Assembly (NCBI GenBank): GCA_965223845.1
Contig: CBDCXR010000003.1
Span: 1 to 42,048 of the forward strand
Source of the DNA: Planctomycetota bacterium
Lineage (GTDB): Bacteria > Planctomycetota > UBA8108 > SXIK01
DNA: 42,048 nt
Direction of reading: 5' to 3'
Shown here: in pieces, positions 26,339-35,055 of the stretch
How the letters are laid out: every line of letters begins with the position of its first letter
Position numbering within the stretch: the stretch's first letter is position 1
Translations under genes and position numbers: made by a program
The notes under the pieces: generated by a model
The model's input: only the letters and a program-made list of their open reading frames with translations
Told to the model about the DNA's origin: nothing
Database searches by the model: none

Positions 26339-28560
26339 TTCGGAAAGTGATGCTGGACGGCTTTAAGGGGTACGACTCACGGGAGTACGAGCTCGACCGC
26401 GCGCTCGCCGTTCTCAACGGCCCGAACGGAAGCGGGAAGTCCGCATGTCTCCAGGCGATCCGGTACGCGCTCAAGGGCGACGTTCCGGGCGGACGCAACA
26501 ACGACGCGGTCGCTCGTCTCTTCGGGACGGCGGGCGGAACAGTCGAGCTGTCGGGCGACGAGGAGTCTTGGCTCGAACGCGGAGTCGTCGTCGACCACGA
26601 ACGGGCCAAGGTGTCGGCTGTCGCGCGCACGAGCGACGACGAACTCGACGGCGATCGTGAGATCCTGAACCTCGAGCGGTGGGAGTCGTCGACGTTCGGG
26701 CTCGAGCTGCGCGAGCTGTTCGAGTTGTCGCCGGAGAAGCGGCGCGAGGCCGTCCTCCGGATCTGCGGCGCGTCGGACAGCGCGGACGTCGACGAGATCG
26801 TCTGCGCGATCGCCGAGGGATTCGCGCGCGAGGTAGCAGGGCCCGCTGCATCCGCGGCAACGCTCGAAGACCCGTCCGACCTGAGCGACGAGCTCCGTGC
26901 GCTCTGCTCACGCTGGGGCGAGCTCGAACGCGCGCTTCGAGCGGCCGCGGTCGGGAAGGAGGGGATCACCAAGACGATCGCGGCTCTCGAATCCGCCGCG
27001 AAGGACGAGCAGCTCGTCAACGGCAAGGCGGCGCGTGACGCCAAGGCAGCCGCTCGCGAGCTCGAACGCGAGGTCAAGGGCGCAGAGGCGGCGGCCGCTG
27101 ACCTCGCGCGGCTCGAGAGCTCGGGGCGCATGGGGCGTGAGGCGCTCCAGCGGATGCGTGAGGATCTCGCACGCTGCGAGGAGGTCGACCGCGAGATCTC
27201 CCAGGCGACGAGCGCGTTCGCACGCTGGTCGACCGAACGAGTCGAGTCGCTCGCGGCGCTCGATCTGCTCGGCGACCCCGGGGACAAGCCGGAGCCGGCC
27301 CGAGATGGGTGGTCCGCGGAGCAGCTCAACGAGCTGCGCGAAGAGGTCGCCGCCATCGAGTCGGAGATCCGACATTGTCACGACGAGATCGCCAAGGTCG
27401 AGAGACGGCGAGCCGAGCGCGCGCGAGACGTCGAGGAGAGGACGCGCGAGCTCGACGGGGTCGTCAAGCAGATCACCGCGATTCGTGCCCGACCCACGTT
27501 CGAGCTCAGAGACCGGGCGCATCGCGTCCCGCTCCACGCGCATCCTGAGATCGAGGAGATCCGCGGCCTCACGCGGCGACTCTGCCTCGCGGACGAAAAA
27601 GCCGTCGCCGAGCTCGAGAAGCGTGGCACCGGACTCTCGGAGCAGATTGAGTCGGCGACGAAGTCGCTCGACGCTCTGACTCAAGACGAGCCGGAAGGTT
27701 CGCTCGCGTTGTTCGAGCCGGAGCTGGCCGCGAAATCTCGGGAGCTCGAAGAGCTCGAGGACAAGGAGCGCGAGCATGTCCGCTACCGGCTAGCCGAGCT
27801 GAACTCGTGGCGCGAGGAGAAGGCCGCATTCGACGAGGCGAAACGACGCTACGAGTTCGCGCGGACGAACGAGCAAGGGGCTCAGGATCGCATCGAGCTC
27901 GCGAAAGCGAGACGACAAGAGATCGAGTCCGGCGGACGACGCGTCGACAGCGAGGCGGTAGAGAGCGCGGCCGCCTCGCTCGAAGAGGTTTCTAACTCGC
28001 TTGCGTTAGCGCGCGAAGCAGCCGGCAAGGTCGCGGCTTACAACGACGCGATCGAGCGCTGCGAACGGCACCAGGTGCTCGAGAACGCGTGGAAGAAAGC
28101 GCGCGCAGCCGTGCGAGCCGTGCGCGAGGAGTTCGTCGGGAACGCCACGGCGCCGCTTGTCCGGCGCGCGAACGAGCTGCTCGAACAGTCAGGACGCCGA
28201 GAGCGGATCTTTCTCCGCCTCGAAAACGATCGTGGAGCTCGGGTGTTCGAGCTCGGGTGGACAACCCCGGCCGGAGAAACGGTCCAGCTCTCGGCACTTT
28301 CGGGCGGTCAAACCGTAGTTTTGTGCGCGCTCCTCGCTGCGGCGATCGTCGAGCGGGAGGAAGTGCCGCTTCGCGTCCTACTCATCGAGGCTGATCCGTG
28401 CGACCCGGAGACCATGGGGCAGCTACTCCAGGCGCTAGCACCCGTCGCCGGCACGATCGACAACGTCGTCGTCGCTACCGCGCTCGAATCAGTGCCCGAG
28501 GTCGATGGTTGGAGCGTGCATCGGCTCGAGGTCGAAGCGCGGGAGGGCGCGGCGGCATGA
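26335..28560 (+). CDS. SbcC/Rad50-like ABC ATPase with long coiled coil
   Basis: GFKG, Walker A GPNGSGKS, signature LSGGQ, variant Walker B VLLIEAD. Confidence 0.88.
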   Translation: MIRKVMLDGFKGYDSREYELDRALAVLNGPNGSGKSACLQAIRYALKGDVPGGRNNDAVARLFGTAGGTVELSGDEESWLERGVVVDHERAKVSAVARTSDDELDGDREILNLERWESSTFGLELRELFELSPEKRREAVLRICGASDSADVDEIVCAIAEGFAREVAGPAASAATLEDPSDLSDELRALCSRWGELERALRAAAVGKEGITKTIAALESAAKDEQLVNGKAARDAKAAARELEREVKGAEAAAADLARLESSGRMGREALQRMREDLARCEEVDREISQATSAFARWSTERVESLAALDLLGDPGDKPEPARDGWSAEQLNELREEVAAIESEIRHCHDEIAKVERRRAERARDVEERTRELDGVVKQITAIRARPTFELRDRAHRVPLHAHPEIEEIRGLTRRLCLADEKAVAELEKRGTGLSEQIESATKSLDALTQDEPEGSLALFEPELAAKSRELEELEDKEREHVRYRLAELNSWREEKAAFDEAKRRYEFARTNEQGAQDRIELAKARRQEIESGGRRVDSEAVESAAASLEEVSNSLALAREAAGKVAAYNDAIERCERHQVLENAWKKARAAVRAVREEFVGNATAPLVRRANELLEQSGRRERIFLRLENDRGARVFELGWTTPAGETVQLSALSGGQTVVLCALLAAAIVEREEVPLRVLLIEADPCDPETMGQLLQALAPVAGTIDNVVVATALESVPEVDGWSVHRLEVEAREGAAA

Positions 28561-29018
28561 GTGGCAAGGACGGAACCTGTTACCTCGGGATCGACCCGGG
28601 CAAGTCCGGTGGATCCGCGGCGATCCTTCCCGGCGGCGAGCTCGCGCTGAACAAGTGGACGACGACCGCGGACGCGAATCGAGTCATCCGACTCCTCGCA
28701 GACAAGTATCAAATCGTCGCGCGCGTCGAGCGCGTGAGCTCGTCGCCGCAGCAAGGCGTTTGCTCCGCGTTCACCTTCGGCCGGAACTACGGCGAGTGGC
28801 ACGGACTTCTCGTCGGCGCTGGAATCCCGTTCGACTACGTCGCGCCGCAGCGGTGGCAAAAGGCACTCGCGTGTCTCTCGAAGGGCGACAAAAACGTAAC
28901 CAAGGCTCGAGCTCAGGAGCTCTTTCCGTCTGCGCGACGTATCACTCACGCCGTCGCGGACGCGCTTCTCATCGCAGAGTACTGCAGGCGGTGCAGTGGC
29001 GAGAAGAAAGTTCGATGA
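28557..29018 (+). CDS. RuvC-like Holliday junction resolvase
   Basis: YLGIDPG, VERV, FTFGRNYG, PQRWQK and ADALLIA motifs. Confidence 0.9.
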   Translation: MSGKDGTCYLGIDPGKSGGSAAILPGGELALNKWTTTADANRVIRLLADKYQIVARVERVSSSPQQGVCSAFTFGRNYGEWHGLLVGAGIPFDYVAPQRWQKALACLSKGDKNVTKARAQELFPSARRITHAVADALLIAEYCRRCSGEKKVR

Positions 29019-29581
29019 AGTACCGCGTAATCCTCGCCGACCCGCCGTGGCGGTACGACCAATTCCGCGAAACGAAAAACGGAGCCGCGGTCGCGCACTA
29101 CAACTGCATGTCGCTCGACGACCTGTGCGCGCTGCCGGTCTCCGAGCTCGCCGATCCGAATTCGTCGTACCTGTTTCTGTGGGCGACGGGAGTTGCGATC
29201 GCGGAGGGATGGGCTACCCGAGTAATCGGCGAGTGGGGCTTCAGCCCGGTGACGACAGCGTTCGTGTGGGTCAAGACGAACGCCGACGGCAGTCCGTACT
29301 GCGGACTCGGACGCTACACGCGGAGTGCTAGCGAGTTCGTTATCCTCGGCCGGCGCGGCAAGTACTGGCGCGAATCGTCGAACGTCCGACAGGTCGTCGA
29401 AGCGCCGGTCGGCAGGCACTCCGAAAAGCCGCGCGAGGTGCACGATCGCATCGTTGAGTTGTGTGGCGACGTGAAGCGCATCGAGCTGTTCGCGCGCGAT
29501 CGCGTGGACGGGTGGGACGTCATGGGTGACGAGGCGCCGGGATGGCGCGTGGAGTTTGCGGGGGCTCGCGGTGAAGTCTGA
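29015..29581 (+). CDS. MT-A70 family adenine methyltransferase
   Basis: ILADPPW, LFLWAT, HSEKP and RIELFAR motifs. Confidence 0.93.
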   Translation: MKYRVILADPPWRYDQFRETKNGAAVAHYNCMSLDDLCALPVSELADPNSSYLFLWATGVAIAEGWATRVIGEWGFSPVTTAFVWVKTNADGSPYCGLGRYTRSASEFVILGRRGKYWRESSNVRQVVEAPVGRHSEKPREVHDRIVELCGDVKRIELFARDRVDGWDVMGDEAPGWRVEFAGARGEV

Positions 29582-29846
29582 TCTATTCAGCGACGACGCG
29601 GTTCTCGACGTCCTTGTAGCGGCGTCGAAGTCGGCAGATCGAATCGATGAGATCGTCGGCGCACTGTCTCCAGACCAGGAGGCGAAAGTGATCAAGACGC
29701 TGATGATCTTCTGGGCGGCGGTGGAGACCAAGAGGCACGGGCCGCCCGCTCCGTTCTGGCTTCGTCGCGCTCAAGACGTGATGCGCGCAGTTACGCCGAC
29801 AGTTGCGGGACCAAATCGACGCAGTCACCGGGAGGAGCCCGGGTAA
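29571..29846 (+). CDS. Hypothetical protein
   Basis: Overlaps the upstream stop; plausible helical protein. Confidence 0.55.
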   Translation: MKSDLFSDDAVLDVLVAASKSADRIDEIVGALSPDQEAKVIKTLMIFWAAVETKRHGPPAPFWLRRAQDVMRAVTPTVAGPNRRSHREEPG

Positions 29847-29971
29847 GAGAGGTGCGACATGAAGGCGTAGGGTTCGCGGCCACCGAGACCAAGGTCGCGC
29901 GGACGACGAGACACACAGCAAAGGCGACGGATTTGGACAACAGTGGTTTTACACATGGGAGCACGAAGCGG

Positions 29972-30265
29972 ATGAGCGAGACGACAGAGAAGACGCTGAG
30001 CGTCCAGAGCGTGCGGCACCTCAAGGAGTCAGTCAGCGACGTAGAGGTGCGCGGAGACCCCGATCAATGGGTTCTTGTCTGCAAGGCGTGGAGCGAGCGC
30101 GAGCGGTGGATGAAGTCCACCAAGGCGATGCAGCTCCCGGGCGGCGTCCTGTTCCAGGTGACGAAGCAGCAGGGCGACAACGTCGCGGAGGCGCTTCAGT
30201 TCGTGCCGGGGATCGGCATGAAGCTGAGTGCCCTTGGAGAGATCGAATTCGCAGCGCGGAGTTAG
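29972..30265 (+). CDS. Hypothetical phage protein
   Basis: GGAG RBS; WMKSTKAM...AEALQFVPG motif. Confidence 0.65.
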   Translation: MSETTEKTLSVQSVRHLKESVSDVEVRGDPDQWVLVCKAWSERERWMKSTKAMQLPGGVLFQVTKQQGDNVAEALQFVPGIGMKLSALGEIEFAARS

Positions 30266-30297
30266 CGAGTAAGAGAGAGCGCGAACGCGCGAGAGCG

Positions 30298-31242
30298 ATG
30301 AAAAAACCGAGAGGCGGCCCCAAGTTCATGAAGCTCTGGCACTCCGACTTTTTCGGGTCGGAGTCCGTGGGCCTCATGAGCGGTCCCGAGCAGGCCGCCT
30401 ACCTCCTCGCTCTCGCGCGCCTTCACCAAGCCGGCGGCTATCTCTCCGAGGACAAACTGAGGCGCGTCATGCGCTACACAGCGGACGAGTGGGCCGGTGT
30501 GAGAGACGCAGTCGTCGACGCGCTCGAGGAGTCGGAGAACGACTCTCTCACGCACCCTCGAGTCCTCTGCGAGCTCCTCAACGCGCAAGCGATCTCAGAG
30601 GCGCGATCGAACGCCGTGAAGCGTCGATGGGAAAAAAAGCGCGTGGATACAAATGTATTACAGGGGTCTGCGGACCCCGACGATGCTGCCGTGGAAAAAG
30701 TCACACCGGATACAAGTGTAATACAAAGCTCTGAACGCTCAGATAGAAATGTATCACTAAGTGAATTGAATAGTACGGAAACCGACTACAAAAACGATAC
30801 AAGTTCACGCGCGCACGCGCGCGCTGGCTATGGCTATGGATGTTCTTCTTCTGAGTCTTCCTCAGGATCAGAGGGGGGAGAGTGTGAGAGGGGGGGCGGT
30901 CAGGTTGACGACGCGACCGTGACGCGCGTTGTCGAGCGCTGGGAGCGCGTCGTGTGCGCGCCGAGGAGCCACCGCGACCAAACGCGCACGTCAGGCCGCG
31001 CGAACGTCACAGCGCGGCTCCTGGACGGTTTTGGCGCTGAGCAGCTCGAGCTTGCGATCGATCGCTATGCCGAGGAGCTCGACGACGATGCTCGGCCGCT
31101 CGGGCTGCGCTCGTTTTTCGGCGACGTCGATCGACTGCGTGCGTTCCTCGCGGACGACTGGCGACCACCCGCGGCGCCGGCGCGTAAGCCGAAGCGCGGC
31201 TCGAGCAGCCGCGAGGCTTCGAGCGGGGAGGACTGGAGGTGA
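30298..31242 (+). CDS. Replication initiator (YdaU/DUF1376-like N-terminus)
   Basis: FMKLWHSDF...MSGPEQAAYLL...THPR...AVKRRW; low-complexity centre carrying iterons. Confidence 0.8.
   Translation: MKKPRGGPKFMKLWHSDFFGSESVGLMSGPEQAAYLLALARLHQAGGYLSEDKLRRVMRYTADEWAGVRDAVVDALEESENDSLTHPRVLCELLNAQAISEARSNAVKRRWEKKRVDTNVLQGSADPDDAAVEKVTPDTSVIQSSERSDRNVSLSELNSTETDYKNDTSSRAHARAGYGYGCSSSESSSGSEGGECERGGGQVDDATVTRVVERWERVVCAPRSHRDQTRTSGRANVTARLLDGFGAEQLELAIDRYAEELDDDARPLGLRSFFGDVDRLRAFLADDWRPPAAPARKPKRGSSSREASSGEDWR
30646..30803. repeat. Putative replication origin iterons inside the initiator gene
   Basis: GATACAAATGTATTACA (30646), GATACAAGTGTAATACA (30709), GATAGAAATGTATCAC (30742) and GATACAAG (30796) in an AT-rich patch. 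Confidence 0.75.
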
Positions 31243-31257
31243 GTGCGTGGAGGGCCG

Positions 31258-32004
31258 ATGCGTGAGCAGCCGCGACGCGAGAAGACCTCCACCAGCGCCA
31301 GCGAAAAGTGCCAGCTTGGGTGGACCACAGTCTGCGCGGTTGAGATCGATCCGTACTGCCGAGAGGTCCTCCTTCGACGGCAAGAGGACGGGTGCCTCGA
31401 TCCGTTCCCCGTCTGGGACGACGTTCGAACGTTCGATGCTCGAGCGTGGCGTGGAGCGGTGGACGTCGTCACTGCGGGATTCCCGTGCCAGCCGTTCAGC
31501 TCCGCCGGCCAGCAGCTCGGCGCGGACGACGAGCGAAACCTCTGGCCGGAAACCGCTCGTTGCATTCGCGAGGCTCGACCGCGTGTTGCGCTGCTGGAAA
31601 ACGTACCCGGACTGGTTTCCAGCGGTTATCTCGGACGCGTCCTCGCGGACCTGGCCCTATCTGGGTACGACGCGCGGTGGGATTGGATATCGGCTCGCGA
31701 GACGGGAGCGCCCCACGTCCGCAAGCGCGTCTGGATTCGTGTTACCGACTCCAAGTGCGAGCGAGCACTCAACGAATCGTTCGATGAGTCCGAGAGCGAG
31801 GGTCCGGCTCTCGCTTCGACGAATGGCTCAGACGGGGACGTGGCCCGCCCTCCGAACGAAGCGTGGCCCCCTGAACCCGCGGTGGGTCGAGTGGCTCATG
31901 GGGTGGCCCGTCGGGTGGAGCAGCTTAGAGCCCTTGGCAACGGACAGGTTCCGCGAGTGGCTCGACTCGCATGGGAGTTGTTGAGCGTGGAGGCGAGCGA
32001 GTGA
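31258..32004 (+). CDS. dcm: C5 cytosine methyltransferase, large chain; motif I inverted, so likely inactive as assembled
   Basis: AVEID, AGFPCQPFS, LLENVPG, PHVRKRVW and LRALGNGQV present; FAGAGG found only on the minus strand. Confidence 0.9.
   Translation: MREQPRREKTSTSASEKCQLGWTTVCAVEIDPYCREVLLRRQEDGCLDPFPVWDDVRTFDARAWRGAVDVVTAGFPCQPFSSAGQQLGADDERNLWPETARCIREARPRVALLENVPGLVSSGYLGRVLADLALSGYDARWDWISARETGAPHVRKRVWIRVTDSKCERALNESFDESESEGPALASTNGSDGDVARPPNEAWPPEPAVGRVAHGVARRVEQLRALGNGQVPRVARLAWELLSVEASE
31262..31984 (+). CDS. Overlapping +1-frame ORF, probable second methylase chain carrying motif IX
   Basis: Open across the whole dcm; ends LPTP...LNPRWVEWLMGWPVGWS. Confidence 0.7.
   Translation: MSSRDARRPPPAPAKSASLGGPQSARLRSIRTAERSSFDGKRTGASIRSPSGTTFERSMLERGVERWTSSLRDSRASRSAPPASSSARTTSETSGRKPLVAFARLDRVLRCWKTYPDWFPAVISDASSRTWPYLGTTRGGIGYRLARRERPTSASASGFVLPTPSASEHSTNRSMSPRARVRLSLRRMAQTGTWPALRTKRGPLNPRWVEWLMGWPVGWSSLEPLATDRFREWLDSHGSC
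31267..31314 (-). other. 48-bp intragenic inversion covering methylase motif I
   Basis: Reverse complement encodes LALFAGAGGGLLASRL, fitting exactly between MRE and LGWTTVCAVEID. Confidence 0.95.
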
Positions 32005-32777
32005 GCAAGACCGCGAAGAAAAAACCCAGGCAGAAGCTCAACACTCGCGAGGTCGAGAAGAGACTCAACACTCGGTACAGCGAGCGCGGCTACGCGATCC
32101 TGTTCGAGGTCGCCAACGCGACGGGCGGAGATTGCCGGCGTCACGCTGACGCGATCGCGTTCGGGCTGTGGCCGTCGCGAGGGCTCAGCATCACCGGCTT
32201 CGAAATCAAGGTCTCGCGCAGCGATTGGACCAAGGAGCTGAAGAACCCTGCCAAGGCGCAGGCTATCGCGAAGTACTGCGACGAGTGGTACGTCGTCCTC
32301 GGCGACGAGTCGATCGTACAGCCTGGAGAGCTGCCGAAAAACTGGGGGCTCATGGTCCCGTACCGTGACGGACTCAAGGTTACGGTCGAAGCGCCATCGC
32401 TCGAAGCGACGCCGATCGACCGCGGGTTCCTCATGGCGGTCGTGCGCAAGATCCCCGATCAGTACACGCGCACCTGCACGATCGCGGAAGAGCTCAAAGC
32501 GAAGTTCGACGCGGGCGTGGCGTACGCGAGCGATCAACGTCGCTACCAAGCGTCGCGCGCCGAGAGCCAGCTTTCAGATCTGAAAAAGCGCGTTGCTGAA
32601 TTCGAAGAGTCGTCCGGGTTGAAGCTTCCGCGATGGGGCCACGAGCGTCTCGGCACGAATGTTCGCGAGTACCTCGAAGGGCTGACACTTAACCGGCTGC
32701 GCGAGAACTCGCGGCACTTGCGGCGCGCTCTCGCCGAGCTCGATCAGTTTCTTAGCACGACGGAGGCGAGCGAGTGA
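32001..32777 (+). CDS. MmcB-like PD-(D/E)XK nuclease
   Basis: FEV, ADAIAFGLWPSRG, GFEIKVSRSDW motifs. Confidence 0.8.
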   Translation: MSKTAKKKPRQKLNTREVEKRLNTRYSERGYAILFEVANATGGDCRRHADAIAFGLWPSRGLSITGFEIKVSRSDWTKELKNPAKAQAIAKYCDEWYVVLGDESIVQPGELPKNWGLMVPYRDGLKVTVEAPSLEATPIDRGFLMAVVRKIPDQYTRTCTIAEELKAKFDAGVAYASDQRRYQASRAESQLSDLKKRVAEFEESSGLKLPRWGHERLGTNVREYLEGLTLNRLRENSRHLRRALAELDQFLSTTEASE

Positions 32778-33103
32778 GCAACGAAGCGACTCGCGAGGGG
32801 AGCCGGTGCGTTCCGGTCACCGTCCGTTTGCCGGCCGTCTACGACTCTCGGGGGAGTGAGATCTACCCCGCAAAGGACGTTCAGCCGGAGGGCTGGATGT
32901 TCGTACTCGCCTTCGCGCTCGCGGGCATTCCTTGGGCCGTCGAAAAGGCGCTCGATCCAGAGTTCGATATGGATGGCAAGGTCCGAAAATCCCGATTGAT
33001 GAGCCAGCGTCGTGAACTGGAGGACGTGATCTCTCGAACAAAAGCGCGGCTCAGAGAGTACGAGAGTCAGCTCGGACTTCGAAGAAAGGAGGCGAGCGAG
33101 TGA
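32774..33103 (+). CDS. Hypothetical protein
   Basis: Bounded by junction repeats; GTGA coupling. Confidence 0.65.
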   Translation: MSNEATREGSRCVPVTVRLPAVYDSRGSEIYPAKDVQPEGWMFVLAFALAGIPWAVEKALDPEFDMDGKVRKSRLMSQRRELEDVISRTKARLREYESQLGLRRKEASE

Positions 33104-33399
33104 AAAAGTGGCACATGGAAACCATCGACGTATCTGTGCTCTCGAGTTCGGAATTGCGCGGGAGCTATCGCGAGTCCCTGTACGCGATGCTGAGAGATAT
33201 CGGGGCGACGGTGACAATCACTCTCAACGGGTTGTCCGAGGCGGACGTGGTAGTCCATTGTGATTCGGAATTAGACGTCGAGTTTGACAGGCACCTCTTT
33301 CGGTTTCTCAGCACGCTCGGCCTCTTCGATCGGGCGATGGGTTTCGCGCGCCTCCGCGCCGAAACGTGCGGCGAGCGCGAGTCGGAGGCGGAAGAGTGA
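33100..33399 (+). CDS. Hypothetical protein
   Basis: Bounded by junction repeats; GTGA coupling. Confidence 0.6.
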   Translation: MKKWHMETIDVSVLSSSELRGSYRESLYAMLRDIGATVTITLNGLSEADVVVHCDSELDVEFDRHLFRFLSTLGLFDRAMGFARLRAETCGERESEAEE

Positions 33400-33902
33400 T
33401 GGCTGAACATGAAATGAGCCACGAAGTGGCGTCTGTGCTGGACACGCGCGATCACTGCGCGCGAGTTCAGGGCTATCTACACGATTGTGTCTCCGAACTT
33501 CTCGAGCGTGGTCGTGTACACGACGAGAGCAAGTACGGCGACGAAGAACGACCGCTCTTCGCAAGGGCACACGGACGCCTTAAAGAGGTCAAGTACGGCT
33601 CGCCCGAGTACAAAGCTGCGCTCGATGCGATTCGTCCTGCGATCGATCATCACCAACAGAGCAACAGTCACCATCCAGAGTTCTACCCGCATGGGATCTT
33701 GGACATGTCGCTCTTTGACGTGCTCGAGATGTTGTGCGATTGGAAAGCCGCAGGCGAGCGTACGAAGGACGGGAGCATCGCTCGATCGCTTCAGGTCAAC
33801 GCTCGTCGATTTCAAATTGCTTCCGCGGTGATGAACTTGTTGGTCAACACTGCGATAGAGCTTGGCTGGATCGAGACTGCGGACGAGCGCGAGCTCCGTT
33901 AG
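33399..33902 (+). CDS. HD-like protein (DUF5662-like)
   Basis: HDESK, DHH..NSHHPE and EMLCDWKAA motifs. Confidence 0.8.
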   Translation: MAEHEMSHEVASVLDTRDHCARVQGYLHDCVSELLERGRVHDESKYGDEERPLFARAHGRLKEVKYGSPEYKAALDAIRPAIDHHQQSNSHHPEFYPHGILDMSLFDVLEMLCDWKAAGERTKDGSIARSLQVNARRFQIASAVMNLLVNTAIELGWIETADERELR

Positions 33903-33934
33903 CCGAGGCTTTGGCGGTTGAGGAGGAGGAAGTG

Positions 33935-34219
33935 ATGGCGAAGTCGAGCAAGTATCCGCGGGTGGTGCTGAGCGGCGAAGTCGAGGGCTCTGCTGGCCAC
34001 GCCTATCGAGTTGTGCAGTTGTCGCGACATGACATCGTCGTCGAGACGTCCAGCGAGATCGATGCCCTCGGAGAGCGAATTTGGCTGACGCACTGTCCTT
34101 CGATGGACTCGGAGATGGATCTCGCAACGGTGTTCGCGCGCGGGATCTGCGAGCTCATGGATCGTCGTGATCGCGCAGCGCGCGCACGCAGGCGCAGGGC
34201 GAGGAGGGTCCGTGAATAG
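33935..34219 (+). CDS. Hypothetical protein
   Basis: GAGGAGGA RBS; Arg-rich C-terminus. Confidence 0.65.
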   Translation: MAKSSKYPRVVLSGEVEGSAGHAYRVVQLSRHDIVVETSSEIDALGERIWLTHCPSMDSEMDLATVFARGICELMDRRDRAARARRRRARRVRE

Positions 34220-34460
34220 GAAGCGAAGCGAAGATGGCAGGCGGGTTTGCTGGATTTGCGGCAAGGAGTGGCATGCAGCGCCTGGCGCAGGGGACGTGGT
34301 GAGCATCCACGTAACGACAAGCCTGAAACACTCTGAGTCGGTGAGGTCGTCAAGCGTAGAGGGGATCTGTGCGCAGTGCGGGCATTTGGTTGCTGGGGCT
34401 GTGAGCGATGAGGTGGAAAGGCTTCAATCTGAGAGGAGGAGCGCCAAGTGTGAGAACTGA
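34212..34460 (+). CDS. Small zinc-finger protein
   Basis: CWIC...CAQC; GAGGAGG RBS. Confidence 0.65.
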   Translation: MNRKRSEDGRRVCWICGKEWHAAPGAGDVVSIHVTTSLKHSESVRSSSVEGICAQCGHLVAGAVSDEVERLQSERRSAKCEN

Positions 34461-35055
34461 AGCGAAACACCACGACCCACACGACTATCCGGACTGGCTC
34501 GGAGACCCCGAGCCCCAGCGTGAACCAACGCCCGAAGAGCGCGCCGCGAAGCTTGGCATCGCGAAGATGTACGCGCGAGCGAGCGTCGACGATTTCGTGC
34601 CGCGTGACTTCGAAGGCGGAAGAGTTCCGGACTGGGATGAGCCTCGTGATCTCAGAATCGCCGGCCTGAACGGGCGCGGTAAGACGCACCTTGCTTGCGC
34701 GCTTGCGCTCAAATGGCGTGCGAAGTTCGTCCGCGCGCCGGATTACGTCGGCCTCATTCGCTCGAGCTGGAATCGAAGCGAGGGCGAGACGGAGAGAGAG
34801 ATCCTTGAGCGCTACTCGGACTATCGGGTGCTCGTGCTCGACGATCTGACAGCGGGTCGTTCGACCGAGAACTACTGGTCGATCTTGCTCTCGCTGCTCG
34901 ACCGGCGGATCGGCGAGGGGCGAAAGACGATCGTGACTTGCTGCGAACTCGGCGAGGAAGTCGCGGAGCGCAATGGATCCGTGGGTAGCCGGGTTCGCGG
35001 GTTCGAGATGGTGTTCTTGGTTGGGGTGGATCGGAGGACGTCTCGTGAGGATTGA
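34450..35055 (+). CDS. DnaC/IstB-like helicase loader ATPase
   Basis: GLNGRGKTHLA, VLVLDDL, LLDRR, KTIVT and GSR motifs. Confidence 0.9.
   Translation: MRTEAKHHDPHDYPDWLGDPEPQREPTPEERAAKLGIAKMYARASVDDFVPRDFEGGRVPDWDEPRDLRIAGLNGRGKTHLACALALKWRAKFVRAPDYVGLIRSSWNRSEGETEREILERYSDYRVLVLDDLTAGRSTENYWSILLSLLDRRIGEGRKTIVTCCELGEEVAERNGSVGSRVRGFEMVFLVGVDRRTSRED

Larger units (their letters stand above)
31989..33399 (+). repeat. Gene-junction repeat GGAGGCGAGCGAGTGA
   Basis: Exact at 31989, 32762 and 33088; variant GGAGGCGGAAGAGTGA at 33384. Confidence 0.9.

Noticed and set aside
30991-31383. Separate minus-strand gene containing LALFAGAGGG
   Set aside because: The motif is confined to the 48-bp inverted segment; the rest is antisense noise.
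29015-32777. Restriction-modification system from two methylases plus a nuclease
   Set aside because: Orphan methylases and MmcB-like genes are common in phage replication regions; nothing shows cognate pairing.
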